64,000 nucleotides of DNA from Octopus sinensis (GCF_006345805.1 NC_043014.1:34534001-34598000); one strand, 5' to 3'; positions 1 to 13,149 are shown, counted from the stretch's first letter. Numbers and translations: made by a program. Notes: a model not told the origin generated them from the letters alone.

Positions 1-145
1 TAGCTCTTTACATTCTGAGTTCAAATATTGCCAAGGCTGGCTTTGCATTTCAGCCTTTTGGGTTCGATGAAATAAGTACGAGTTAAACACTGGGGGTCAA
101 TGTAATCAACTAGCCCCTGCCCACAAAAATTCAGGCCTTGTGCCC
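1..145 (+). mobile_element. tRNA-derived SINE family A (A2 tail), cut by the window edge
   Basis: B box GAGTTCAAAT, central GC(T)TTTCA(T)CCTTTxGGGTCGAT..AATAAGTAC..CTGGGGTCAATGTAATC, and A2 tail CAAAAATTCAGGCCTTGTGCC. Confidence 0.75.
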
Positions 146-147
146 AT

Positions 148-420
148 ATCATCACCACCGACATTTAATGTCCATTTTCCATGGTGGCATGGGTTGGACA
201 GCTCAACAAAAATTAGCAAAGCAGGGGCCACACCAGGTCCATGAGTCTGCTTTGGCTCGATTTTTATGGATGGATGCCCTTCCTAACACCAAGCACTCGA
301 AAGATTGTACTGGGTGCTTTTTACATGGTACCATCACCAGTGTGCTTTCTATGTGATGCCAGCACCCACACCAATGCTTTTTATGTGGTATCTTCATTTT
401 AGGATCTTAATTCTGTTGTG
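148..420 (-). mobile_element. RTE-type 3' end repeat (family C)
   Basis: CATCATCA..TTTAATGTCCATTTTCCATG..GGATGCCCTTCCTAAC..GGGTGCTTTTTAC; same family as 11958-12268. Confidence 0.7.
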
Positions 421-2108
421 GCGGGTGCCTAGCAATGTGCCATAATAAAAAGGATTATTATTATTTTAGGAAGAGGACTAGCAGGATCATTTGAGCATTG
501 GACAAAATGCCTTGTGGTATTTAGTTGTAACTTTTTACATTCTTAGTTCAAATCCTACTGAGACCAACCCTGCCTTTTATCCCTCTGGGACAGATAAAAT
601 TAAAGTACCACTCAAATATTTGGCTTCGTGTCCATGTGAGAAAAAAAATTATCATCATCGTTAACACAAATATTTTTCATCATTATTGAACAAAACTGGT
701 CTCTTTTTTCCTTTATTTATTTTGAAATGAATTTCCTCAACCAGTTATTTTGTATAAGCTGTACACTTTTGTCAGTGAGAATTTTTCCCACAATGCATTT
801 CAACATAAGTAACCCAGTTATTTTTATTGAAGTCAACTTGGTGTCCAGCATTCAACTTCATTAATAACCAGTTATATGGAAAGTATGACAATTGTCAACT
901 TCTCTTTCTTTCTTGGTGTTGTTCTTGTGAAAATGTGCCAAATTTGGTGTGAAATCCAGCAAACAAAGTACACATACACCATGTTATTAAAAAACAAAAA
1001 CAAACAAACAAAAACAACTTGTAAAGATAAATTAGTTGTGTAGAGTGGCTTGTGGTAGCCGTGTGTATGTGTGTAGTGGAGATATTCTATCTAATGTGTT
1101 GAACCATTGCAAGTATTATAAAATTAACTGATGGCTCAACTAGCCACATGATTTGAACTTTTTGTTGTCGTCACAAAACAAACAACAACAAAAAAATATA
1201 AACCTGCTTCCTCACTACCCACTTCTGCCAGACACTATTTTTTTGTTTGTTTTTATATAATGTTATTTGTTATGTGGTTGATTAATAGGTGTCAGACCAA
1301 AATGGTGAAAAGATAGAGACAACGCAAGAATACGGGTTAATGAAGCTAACTGGAAGGTAGTTACATTTGGTCTCCGGAAAGTTCTATGGTTAAGTAAATG
1401 TGGCTCTGTTAATGCTGCTAACTAAATAATTCGATTATTAAGTACTCCGATGTGAATCATTGTAGCTTCAGATTAATTTACCATGTCTGTGTTGCTTATT
1501 TTTAACAGTGTTTTTGTGCAAATTACTACATTGTTTACTGTTTTACAAATTGAGTTAGTTAACACAACATGATGTGGTTAATGGTTAATCTGGAATGCTC
1601 ACCACACCAAACAAAAAACTGTCCAGTTTTGGAGAAAAAAAAAGCAAACAAACAAAAACTGTTGATTTGTGAAACCTGAAAACTTAATTAAAGGTTTTGG
1701 AAGGTACCAGTAAATTTGAGAGCCATACTAGGCCAGCCTAGACCCAATTTGGAAGCTGATCTGATAAGAACCCAATAGAAATGCAGTTAGTGTCAAGAAC
1801 TAATACATTTTTAAAAACTGTTATTGGTACACATCATAACTGTTCAAAGAAAAAAACTACTAAAATCCAAGAAAGTTTGAAGTTCACTCAGTTGTTAAAT
1901 TTATTGAAACCTACAAACTCTCTTGGATTTTATTACTGATATAGACAGGCCTTCATCTATTTCTTAGAGTCTTGAGGTTATTCTTAGAGTCCTGGGCTTG
2001 TTTTGTAACCACATGGTTTTGGTTTCAGTCCCACTGCATATCAGTTTGGGCAAGTGTCTTCTATACCTTGCAAGTGAATTTAATAGATGCAAACTGTGCA
2101 GAAGCCTG

Positions 2109-2162
<54 letters not shown>

Positions 2163-2166
<4 letters not shown>

Positions 2167-2487
2167 TTTATAATTAGGGTTCAGCAAAGATTTGCTTTAC
2201 CACATACCGAAGTTTAGAAATAGCAGCCAAAGAACCTCAGCTATTTCCACTACTTTAAAAAGGGACTCCGGAAAAAACAAAGTCCCTTTTTAAAGCAGTG
2301 GAAATAGCTAAGGTTCTTTGGCTGCTATTTCTAAACTTCGGTATGTGGTAAAGCAAATCTTTGCTGAACCCTAATTATAAAGTATTACTTAAGTTTACCG
2401 TGAAATGGTCCTTTTTCATGCCGAATTCTACTTGGTGAAATTATTGATTACTACTTAATTAATTAATTTTACCCTTTGTTATTATTG

Positions 2488-2490
<3 letters not shown>
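2163..2490. mobile_element. Foldback (105-bp arms) plus about 100-bp tail, inserted in (TA)n; probable non-autonomous Penelope-like derivative
   Basis: 2163-2267 is the reverse complement of 2281-2385 (2 mismatches, 13-nt loop), followed by a unique tail to about 2490. (TA)n on both sides. The classification is inference. Confidence 0.6.
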
Positions 2491-2525
<35 letters not shown>

Positions 2526-2721
2526 TGACTCAGGTGATAAACTTAATCTGTTTCCAAGTTCAACATCACCACCTGGCCCTGTAGGTACCGTAAGGAGAGT
2601 CCACTACATTGCAAGTATTTGGTCTAAGTCTTTTGTTCGGTGGTACTTCTCCCTCCCTCACTCACTCTCAGCAGCTCCAGAGGCCCAGTGAAGGGTTATG
2701 GGTATAACCTTCCTTCTTTCT

Positions 2722-3035
2722 AGCTTTTACTTGATTTAGTCATTCGATTGCAACCATGCTGGGGCATCACTTTGAAGGGTCTAATCAAGCAGATTGGCCC
2801 CAGCATTTATTTTTTAAGCCTGGTACTTATTCTATACGTCTCTTTTGCTGAACCGCTAAGTTATAAGGATATAAACAAACCAACACTGGTTGTCAGGTGG
2901 TAGTGGGGGACACGCATAACACAAAGACAGAGATATATTCACACACACACACACTAGGCTTCTTTCATATTCTGTCAACCAAATTCACTCACTAGGCTTT
3001 GAATGATTGGGTCTATAACAGAAGACACTTGTCAA
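2722..3035 (-). mobile_element. Degenerate tRNA-derived SINE family B
   Basis: TTTTACTTG..TTAGTCAT..CCATGCTGGGGCA..GGTACTTATTCTAT..TCTCTTTTGCTGAACCGCTAAG..GAAGACACTTG. Confidence 0.7.
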
Positions 3036-3318
3036 TGTTTTAGGTTCATTAGAATCAACATCAGTCATGTCCTGGAATCCATATCTAATAGTCTATATTC
3101 TATCTTGTACAACTGTGGTCTTGTACGAGTTTGCAAAATCCAGCTTAAAATGTTATGCTGTCATTATGATTATCATTGTTAATTATTGCTAGTTGAAACC
3201 ACCATCACCACAACTTCATTTTAGATGTTCAATGCAGAGGAAAAACAGTCTCATACTCCTTCTCTCTCATTACTCAACATGAAAGTAAGTATATTAGAGA
3301 TAACCATCAGATACTTAC

Positions 3319-3452
3319 GGATTCAACAACTGATTTCCCTTTTAAACCTTTGAGTTTTTCTTCTAAGAATGGCACTGAATGAGGCAATCCATTGTAGTAA
3401 GGACGGTATCCAGACAGAAGGAAAGATAAACAAATTGCAGAAGGTCCATTTC
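3319..3452 (-). CDS. OSGIN1/2: Internal coding exon of an OSGIN1/2-like (oxidative stress-induced growth inhibitor, FAD-dependent oxidoreductase) gene
   Basis: Minus strand reads (TTC)n-CAG acceptor | GA AAT GGA CCT TCT GCA ATT TGT ... GTT GAA TCC | GTAAGTAT donor. The 134 nt (phase 1 to phase 0) translate to (G)NGPSAICLSFLLSGYRPYYNGLPHSVPFLEEKLKGLKGKSVVES, matching the recalled OSGIN N-terminus IIGNGPSGICLSYLLSGY.PY...HP.P.L..KL. Confidence 0.9.
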
Positions 3453-3809
3453 CTGGAAGAAGAAGAAGAAGAAGGGGAAACTTAGCAAAATAATTTAAAG
3501 GCGAGATGACTGAATTATTTAGGTCAGCATTTTATACACATACACACATATGTGTGTGTGTGTGTGTATATATGTATATAAATGTATGTGTATGTATGTA
3601 TGTATACATACATATATATATATATATATATGCATACATAACATTACACACTCTGGTTTGGCTGTGTTCTTCTATTCACTTTGTAACCACATTGGTTTCA
3701 GGTTCCAGGCACTTTGGCAAGTATTTATTTGTTTAAAAAAATTCTTTTTTAATTGTAGCCTCAGAAGAACCAATGCTTTCTATATGGAATTTGAAAGGCA
3801 GAAACTGCA

Positions 3810-3841
<32 letters not shown>

Positions 3842-6741
3842 AGAGAGAGAGAGAGCTTGCATATGGTACAAGTGTAAGGAATCATTTCATCTATAAGAGT
3901 GACAACATCAACACAAAATGACAAACATGGGTAGGAAAATATTTAAAAACATCCAAACAGTAGTGTCCTATTAGAGTTTTAATATTTCATACAGTTCTGT
4001 GACCTCAGAGAAATGTTTGTGACAGAAATAACAATAATATCAACCACAACAATAATGTACATTATACTATAATGTTCTGTTTCCATCCCAGTCCAATGAT
4101 CATTGTTCCATAGTTTTCTATATCCATTCCTGTTCAAAAGTTATTGTTACAAAGTGTTCTAACTCCATCCTAGTTTAATTATTTGGCCTCTAATCAACGT
4201 TCAGTAATCATCACACAAGTGCTCCTGCCAATTTGATTAGCAGAAACCTTTATGGTTCTGAGGCAGCAAGTTTGCAGAAACGTAAGCACGCTGGGCGAAA
4301 TGCTTAGCGGTATTTCGTCTGTCTTTACGTTCTGAGTTCAAATTCTGCCGACTGCTGTCTCCTTATGCTTTCTTGTTGCCAATGGCATTTTTGACTTTCT
4401 GTCCATGACCTTTCAAATGACAATTCAGTTCTGTTGCAGATCTGCATGGTTAAGTTGCAAACTACTGTGCACCTGCAACTGGTTAAGCCTGAACATGTTG
4501 CCACTTTTCCACTGCCACAGGACTTTCAGAAACTAGAATGACAAACGAGGTTACCATAAAGAGACATCTGAACTTCACTGGACTATAGTGATAAATGCTT
4601 GTATGACACAAATACCACTCACCGAGTGTACCTAGTGACAGGCCAAAGTGAGATGACCAGTAATCATGTGAAACCATAGGTTTTACATCAGAGCATCCCT
4701 GTCCAAGAAGGATGCTGTGACAACAGCTTGGGGGTCCCTCACTTTTGGTGGTTTTACTGCATACCAACCAATGATATTTCTGTATCCCCACACTCAGACT
4801 GTCACCACATATGCTAGTTAACCCATAGTTGGGATCCAGACAGGTACTATTATTCTGGGAACAATAGTGGCTAACATTTGGTTCCACATTCCTCAAAACC
4901 CAGGTACTCCCAAATCAGAGCCCCACAACAAGATGCAGCCTGAAGTCATCATTCTATATTCACTTTTCCATGTTTGCACAGGCCGGATGGATTTTCTCCC
5001 TCAGAAATGGAGAATAAATAATGAGAGAGATGGGGGATTAAGAAAGAACAGAGAGAGAAAGGTGAAGAAATAGTAGAAGAGTGAGAAAGAGGGGCTAGAA
5101 AAGGAGAGATAATAGTGAATGAGAGTAATATAGTTACTATTTCTAGCAAATCAAGCAAGCAGTGTAGAGATTCCCTTCATTAGCTTATGTAGTTAGTCAA
5201 CTATTGTTAACCTGAAGTCAGTTCTGATTCAGCTGATCTATGATCTTCTCCAATCACATCCAGCCATCTGGTGCAGGGCCTGCCACAAGGTCCCCTTCCA
5301 GCCCACAATGTTGAATGAAAGCAAAGCCCTGGTAGGATGACCTAGTAGGAGACAAGTACAGCCTGCGAGTTCATATCTACCAAACCTTACGTCACTAATT
5401 AGAGATCACATCATACACTTAGACATGTAATGATTTATTATATTGTGGAGTGAAATGAGGATGTCCGCATATGTTGAGTACTCTCCACAGTGGAAGTAAA
5501 CAGACTTAGAACAGGACAATCATTGTTCCTCTACTCACAGTGAATGACAGCAAAGTAGACTTAGAGATAATTGTCCTTCTACAATTATCTCTGATGACGT
5601 ATCTATCCCAACTCAGTGTTTAGGGATAATAGTGATGGTTATCAGTATTTAGCTCCAGGTCAGTCCTGACTGAACAGATCTATGATCAAAGGTATTCCAT
5701 TCATGACCATCTTTTCTTTTTATATATAAAAGGCTACATTCTCTTTTTTTATAGTAAAACAGTAGAATGTTACTTGGGGGAGATTTGGCTGTTTTTTAAA
5801 TAGTATTTTCCAAAAAAGATCTGTGACCCCTTATCATCCACCACCTTCTTTAAGCAGCGTCTTCTGGTGTGTACACACACACACACACACACACACAAAC
5901 ATGACAAGATTTACTTGGAAGTTCTAGTACTTTAAATTTGGGTTTCATGACTCAATTGCTTACAGATTCATTTATCATCATCATTATCATAACAAACAAA
6001 TGAATGCTTTGGAAATGTTTTCTTACATTAACACAGTAACCTAGTTTTCATCGACCCAATTCCCAATCAAATTACATCGACATTCCAGAAACATCTGTTC
6101 AAACTCATTGACAACTGTTTCTGTTGACTATGATCCAACTCCAGATGTAGGGAATTGATAGGGACGGGCAGAGGAAAATAATTATTATTCAAACATAAAA
6201 CTTCTGTCGGAAAAACAGAACATATATTTTCCATACCATACTAAGTTTCTGTTTAATGGTTTAGTCAAAGTCTAAAAGTACCAAGCACCAAGTGACCTCT
6301 TTTGCAGAGCTTCCCTAAGTGGTGGGAGGAGATTGTCTTCTGACAGGAGATTGGCTCTGAGTGCCTGCAACAGACTGGATTCTGCTAAAAGTACCAAAGA
6401 ACCAGGTGGGTGGTGTTAAACCAGGTGATAAATTACGTAAAAGTTTCACAGTAGGTTGCCTTTATTTATCATCACTTACAGGGTAATGGAGCATTCACAG
6501 ATTTACCTATTCTTAGAAATAGTCTAGAGTTACTATTCTTAGAAGTGCTTTTAAATGTACTCCTTCAACTTTTCCTTTTCCTGGGCAGCATTTCAAACCT
6601 TAAAGATCCCTTATATATACACATACTTCACTTAACGCTATTTTCAGAAAACAGGAATAACATATTCGACATAAAGGAGATTTTATCAAACAACTACACT
6701 TTATTTATTTACATATTATTATTATCATTATTATTATTATT

Positions 6742-7138
6742 ATACTCTTTTACTTGTTTCAGTCATTTGATTGCGGCCATGCTGGAGCACCGTCTTTTTA
6801 ATCGAGCAACTCGACCCTGGGACTTATTCTTTTGTAAGCCCAGTACTTATTCTATCGGTCTCTTTTGCCGAACATCTAAGTAACGGGGACATAAACACAC
6901 CAGCATCGGTTGTCAAGCAATGCTAGGGGGAGAAACACAAACACACACACAACACATATATATATATTAATAATACGACGGCTTCTTTCAGTTTCCGTCT
7001 ACCAAATCCACTCACAAGGCTTTGGTTGGCCCGAGGCTATAGTAGAAGACACTTGCCCAAGGTGCCACGCAGTGGGACTGAACCCGGAATCATGTGGTTG
7101 ATAAACAAGCTACTTACCACACAGCTACTCCTGCGCCT
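6742..7138 (-). mobile_element. tRNA-derived SINE family B (CORE-like, possibly octopus OR2-type), near full length
   Basis: Reverse complement of AGGAGTGGCTGTGTGGTAAG (A box) ... GGTTCAGTCCC (B box) ... CCTTGGGCAAGTGTCTTC (CORE-like) ... GAAACAAGTAAAAGAG. The family name is from memory. Confidence 0.85.
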
Positions 7139-7414
7139 ATATATATATATTTTTTGCTTGTTTCAGTCACTAGACTGTGACCAAGCTGGGGCACTGCTTT
7201 GAAGAATTTTTTGTTGAATGAATCAACCCCAGTACTTAATTGTCTTAAGCCTGGTACTTATCCTATCAACCTATTTTGCCAAACCACTAAGTTATGGGAA
7301 CGTAAACATACCAACACCAGTTGTCAAGTAGTTGTGAGGGGGGACAGACATAAACAAGGCAGGGACCATAACCATTTTCAGAACATTTGTGACTTGTAGG
7401 GGAAGGGGCGATAT

Positions 7415-7860
7415 TATCCTTAAGCTGATGACATGGCCTCAGTGTTTGTAATAATAGACTAGACAAAATGTTGTATGATATTTGACCCTTTATGTTCCGA
7501 GCTCAAATTCCACCAAGGTTAATTTTGCTTCCATCATTCCAGGGTCAAACAAAATAAAGTACTAGTCAATTACTGGGGTCAATATATATTTCTTTATTGC
7601 CCACAAGGGGCTAAACATAGAGGAGACAAACAAGGACAGACAAAGGGATTAAGTCGATTACATCGACCCCAGTGCGTAACTGGTACTTATTTAATCGACC
7701 CCGAATGGATGAAAGGCAAAGTCGACCTTGGCGGAATTTGAACTCAGAACGTAACGGCAGACGAAATACGGATACGCATTTCGCCCGGCGTGCTAACGTT
7801 TCTGCCAGCTCACCACCTTCACTGGGGTCAATATAATTGACTGATCCTCTCATTTCCAAT
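7415..7860 (+). mobile_element. SINE A copy (+) interrupted by an inverted SINE A1 copy (7586-7819, -)
   Basis: The inner copy is flanked by a 15-bp direct repeat ACTGGGGTCAATATA (target-site duplication) that belongs to the outer SINE. Confidence 0.75.
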
Positions 7861-7861
7861 T

Positions 7862-8522
7862 TTTGGTCTTTGCCAAGGTTAGGAGATCAAAAGAGGAAAG
7901 CATTACTCATATAGTAAGTGAATGTAGCATGCTGGCACAGAAAGAATACAACTAAAGACATGACAATTTAAGGAAAGCAATCCACTGGGAACTATGTAGA
8001 AAGCTAGGAATTGAACATACTGATAAATGGTATGAACACAAACCTAGTAAAGTACTAGAAGGTAAGAAATACAAGATGTTGTAGGACTTTAAGATTCAGA
8101 CTGACAGCAATAGAAGCTAGAAGGCCTGATTTAGTAGTAGTAAAAAAGAGAATAGAAAAAATCAGATAATTGACTTTACAGTCCCAAATGATGAAAAAAT
8201 CAATGAGAGATATAGAAAAAATAGCAAAGTACCAGGACCTAGCCATTGATTTACAGAGACTATGGAAAGTGCAGGTAAACTGTATCCAAGTAGTTATAGG
8301 TGCATTGAGAACCATTCCTGAAGAACTGAATAGATGGATTGAGGAAATAAGCATAAAACCCAGTTTAGTACAACTCCAGAAAATGTTATTAGGGACAGTT
8401 AGGATACTTAGGAGGGTTCTTGGCATCTAAGGTTACCTGTTGTAGCCCAATGTTAAGATTTTTTTTCTTTTCCAACAGTCTAATCTCTTGTGTGTATATG
8501 AAACTAATAATAATAATAATAA
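7862..8522 (+). mobile_element. 3' fragment of an R4/Dong-clade non-LTR retrotransposon (zinc knuckle + restriction-like endonuclease) with (TAA)n tail
   Basis: Frameshifted translation ITHIVSECSMLAQKEY.RHDNLRKAIHWELCRKLG..KWYEHKPSKV..DFKIQTD..ARRPDLVV..IIDFTVP..EKIAKYQDLAIDLQRLW..VVIGAL..LQK.LLGTVRILRRVL*, then a short UTR and TAATAATAATAAT. Confidence 0.85.
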
Positions 8523-8523
8523 T

Positions 8524-8730
8524 ATAATCCTTTCTGCTATAGATGCAAGGCCTGAAATGTTGAGGGAGGGGCTAGTTGATTACAATGGCCCTAGTGCTCA
8601 AACTGGTACTTATTTCATTGACCCTGAGAGTATGTAAGGCAACGTCAACTTTTGCAGCATCTGAATTCACAACATAAAAACAGAATAAATGCTGCTAAGC
8701 ATTTTGTCCAGTATGCTAACAATTCTGTCA
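8524..8730 (-). mobile_element. SINE family A2, degenerate
   Basis: ATCCTTTCTGCTATAG..AAGGCCTGAAAT..CTGGTACTTATTTCATTGACCC..GCTAAGCATTTTGTCC. Confidence 0.7.
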
Positions 8731-8957
8731 GTTTCGAAGCAAACTAGCTGGTAGATAGATCCTGAATGAAGTTGCACAGAAAATTATACCTGGTTGCATG
8801 TGCAACTGGCCATACTTTGTGCAGTGGAAACATGTGTACGCCCAAATAACTATTAAAAAATGCTGTATGAAATTGTTAAATAAAAGGAAATAAATTTTGA
8901 GGATGAACAATTTTCCATATTCTATATCATTATAATTATTACTTATATATATACATA

Positions 8958-9134
8958 TAGGCACAGGAGTGGCTGTGTGGTAAGTAGCTTGCTTACCAAA
9001 CACATGGTTCCGGGTTCAGTCCCACTGTGTGGCATCTTGGGCAAGAGTCTTCTACTATAGCCTCGGGCCGACCAAAGCCTTGTGAGTGGATTTGGTAGAC
9101 AGAAACTGAAAGAAGCCCGTCGTATATATGTGTG

Positions 9135-9177
<43 letters not shown>

Positions 9178-9362
9178 TTGTGTGTGTCTGTGTTTGTCCC
9201 CCTAGCATTGACAACTGATGCTGGTTTGTTTATATCCCCGTCACTTAGCGGTTTGGCAAAAGAGACCGATAAAATAAGTATTATAAGTCCCGAGGTCAAT
9301 TTGCTTGACTAAAGGCGGTGCTCCAGCATGGTTGCAGTCAAATGACTGAAACAAGTAAAAGA
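8958..9362 (+). mobile_element. SINE family B, full length
   Basis: GGCACAGGAGTGGCTGTGTGGTAAG...internal (TG)n...GGTGCTCCAGCATGG..GAAACAAGTAAAAGAG. Confidence 0.9.
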
Positions 9363-9561
9363 GTATATATATATGCATTTGAGTATAAACAAAGAAAAAT
9401 GTACTCAATACATATTAGTGAGTTTATTTTTTTCTTTTTCAGAAGAAGCTGTGTCTTGTATCAATTGTTACTTCAAGTTTTCCATTGTTCTCATGATAGC
9501 AATAGTGTAAAATCCCTGCATTGAATGGATGAACAAAATAGCAATCACAAACATACCTTAT

Positions 9562-9990
9562 GTATTGGGCCATTCCATAAATAATGCGTTTTTTATACTT
9601 ATTTTTTTTTCAAAATTAAGATAAATTTCTTTTTTACTCTAAAATATTCTCTCCTTCATTTTCTACAATGCTCTTCCATCTATCTGGTAGACTTGCAAGG
9701 CCCTCTTCCAAAATTCATTTGTCCGTGATGAAAAATACTCCTCTAGTCCTGTTCTGACTTCGTCTACAGAATTCATATTTTTTCTGTCCAAATGATTTTG
9801 AAGACTGTAGAATAAATGATAATCAGATGGGACAATGCCCAGCAAATATGATGGGTGGGGCTTTGTCTCCTATTCAAACTGTTCCAGCCTTTGGAATGTC
9901 ATCCTCACTGTTTATGGATGAGCATTATCCTGATGGAAGAACATCTTTTGTTTTGAAATCAAAGATGGTCGTTTTTCTTCTTACAAGGGT
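9562..9990 (-). mobile_element. mariner transposon 3' relic
   Basis: Minus translation FFHQDNAHP*TVRMTFQRLEQFE*ETKPHPSY..IVPSDYHLFYSLQNHL..FWKRGL.SLPDRWKSIVENEGE (degenerate YSPDLAPSDY region). TIR-like TATTGGGCCATTCCATAAATAATGCG at 9562. Confidence 0.85.
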
Positions 9991-11654
9991 GAAGACCTTT
10001 AGCCCTGGGTGCTGGTGTTTCTCCTTTTCCTACCAACTGTCAAAGGCACTAGTTGGCTTGAGACTATAGCAGAGGAGAAGACACTTGCCCAAGATTCCAC
10101 ACAGTAGGACTAAATCCAATACTATGCGATTGTGAAGTGAACTTTGAAATAACAGGGCCACGCTTGTGTCACACATACACAAAGACACACGTGTATATTT
10201 TTTTTTGATTATTTTGTAGTACAAAACCCATGAATTAAGACTCAATTTGCTTATGACCTTTGTGTTTGGAGTGTGTAACATATCAACTAAAGAATGCTAT
10301 GTGGTTTAATCTAAAGACTTTATGGCCAACTGAATTCAACAGGAAAATTACATACACACATACGTATCTATATATGTATGTATAGGTGTGTGTTTACAAA
10401 TACAGAAAAGGAGACATTAAAATGATGACAATATATATGTGTGTGTGTGTATTTAAGCGGTTAACCTTGGCCTAGAATAATCTTTGGTTTTCCCCACGAC
10501 TTTACTGTAAATCCAATACAGATTTTAGGAGAGGGAAAAGGCACAGGGGTGACAGGTGTCCAAGGAGAGGGGAGAAGGAGGAGGGAATGTAAGATATACT
10601 GTGTTTTCTTAAAATGTGTTAACTAACATAACTGACGAGCAGTGAAAGCGCTGTAATTGGGAATTGAAACTGGGTCACTCACTCGGCTCATTGCCAGTTC
10701 ACCTTTTAATTTGTATTTGCCAAAAAAGAAAAAGACAATTTTTTTTTAGTTACATGCAGACAGATATAAATGTATGTTTCTGCATATATACAAGTGTGCA
10801 CATGCACACACACACACACACAAGTATGTAATGGAAGCATATATACACACATGCACACACAAACACACCAATAAACATATATGCATGTGTGTGGGTAAAT
10901 GCAGGCATACCCAGACACACATTTTGTGAAACTTGTATTTTAAGAGACGGATGGTAAATGGTATGACATTTTGAAGAGAGAGAGGGGTGGGTGAAATTAA
11001 TGGTCTCATCTTCAAACAATGAAATTTAAAATATTTGAGAGGAAATGTTAACCATTTGATATTTGAGTTGACTACATATTAGTTCACATGATTACAACAG
11101 AAGAAAATAATAAAATTGTATCAATATACAAATTTGGACTGGATAAACACTGAATATATAGTGGAGAGAGAGAGAGTGTGTGTGTGTGTTTGAGCTCAGA
11201 GAGTGTCCTTTATAAGTAAAACATTATCAGTTATTAGTATCTGTTGCTCTGAGAAAAACAACTGATCGTTAATAATGTTTCCACTTTACAGGAATTAACA
11301 GAGATAGAGCTGTGCTAAGAAAGCACAAGACAGAAATGAGATAGCTAAGACAATGCTTGGACAAAGCTAACACAGCACTAAGTTGGAGACAGCACTAAAA
11401 CAGAGATAAAACAGAAATAAGAGACAGATAACTGAGCTCTAAGACATAAAACATCACTAAGCTAAGAAGTAGAGAATATTAAGATTCTTGGCCTTTAGCT
11501 TAAAGCTTAGAAATTGGAAAAGAGTGGCAGAGAGCAGTGACAATTTTTTCCATAGAGGGACAAGAAATCACATGCAGTGCCTATAAACTTTTAGGGTTCT
11601 CCTTGAATGGGAACAAGGACAACTAAATGTAGTTTAATATATTTGATATCACTA

Positions 11655-11865
11655 AGGAATCGAGCTGGCAGAATCATTAGCATGCTAGGTAAAATACTTA
11701 GCCGCATTTTGTCTGTCTTTACATTCAGAGTTCAAATTCTTCAGGGGTCGACTTTGCCTTTCCTTTCAGGGTTGATAAAATGAATAGCATTGGGGTCAAT
11801 TTGATTGACTTAGCCCCCACTCCCAAACCTGTTGGCCTTGTCCCAACATTTGAAACCAACATCTT
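11655..11865 (+). mobile_element. SINE family A2
   Basis: GAGCTGGCAGAATCATTAGC...GAGTTCAAATT...GACTTTGCCTTTCCTTTCAGGGTTGATAAA...GGCCTTGTCCC. Confidence 0.8.
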
Positions 11866-11957
11866 AATCTGAACTTTGAAAGTTAGTGGTAAAGATGGGA
11901 GACACAAGGATAAGGAAAGTTTACCAGAGAGAGATGATATGGTTCTGGAGAGAGATC

Positions 11958-12268
11958 ATCATCATCATCATCATTTAGTGTCCGTTTTCCATGCTAGCAT
12001 GGGTTGGACGGTTTAACTGGGGTCTGTGAAGCCGGAAGGCGTCATCAGGCCCAGTCAGATTTGGCAGTGTTTCTATGGCTGGATGCCCTTCCTAATGCCA
12101 ACCACTCTGTGAGTGTAGTGGGTGCTTTTTACGTGCCACCTGCACAGGTGCCAGACAGAGCTAGCAAACGGCCACGAACGGATGGTGTTTTTTTGTGCCA
12201 CCGGCACGGGGGCCAGGCGAGGCTGGCAACGGACACGAACGGATGGTGCTTTTATGTGCTACCGGCAA
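11958..12268 (-). mobile_element. RTE-type 3' end repeat (family C) with (GAT)n tail
   Basis: (CAT)n TTTAGTGTCCGTTTTCCATGCTAGCATGGGTTGGACGG...GGATGCCCTTCCTAATGCCAACCAC; internal repeated ACGAACGGATGGTG module. Confidence 0.8.
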
Positions 12269-13149
12269 TAAGTTTTAAATGAAAGTCTGAAAGGATGAGA
12301 GAAATTTTAGGCTCAAGGGAAACAGTATTGATAAAATGAGTACCATTTACTTATCAGGACCAATTCTTTGGGGGGGGATCACATTCCTGCCCTGTCAAAG
12401 TTTGGTTGTTTTGGTAAAGAAAGAAAAAAAATCACTCCTTTTTTTATTTTTCAATAATTTCTCAAAAACCAGTTTTTAAACCAGTCGAAATTAGTTGTTA
12501 GACCAGTTTAGCCTGAACAGCTCCTTTGGCTAAAACTGGTCACTCCTTAATATTGAAAACACAAAACAGGATTAAGAAAAAAAAAACAAACAAAAACAAA
12601 ACAAAAATATTTATCTGACCATCATGTTTTAATTATGATTACATAACCATGATCAACTAACTTTACAGCTGTTCATTACCAGATCTAAAGATAATTAGAC
12701 TAATCACTTCATTAAAGAGTTCCTCTTTCTACTTTTGTTAATGAATAATCCAAAACTATTAATCCAGCCTTAATAATGAACTGACAATGTTTATATAAGA
12801 AAAGTTAGAACTTAAAATAAAAATTAAAAAAATTTTTTTTTCTCACCCCAAATTCTAATACAAATATTGATCAAAGGCTTTCCTGTCACGACCATCCAAA
12901 GCTACATTACGCATTGTGCCCTTCCTTGTTGTTGACGTCATTCTTGTGGTTGTTTAGTTCCAAGATAGCCTTGAGCTGACAGACCTTAGATCTAAGACAT
13001 TCCAGTTGTGACCATACCACCTTTTATTCAGACGTAATATATCTAGAACTACATTATGTAATGAGTTTGTCTTTGTTGTTGATGTTGTTTAGGCCCAGGT
13101 TACCTGGTTCAATAGACTTACAAACAGAGATTCCAATTGGGAAAATACT

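Noticed and set aside
1-3318. Searched for the next OSGIN exon (expected DLEYLS.GLEGRS-like)
   Set aside because: No such frame with splice signals was found by eye; it probably lies left of the window.
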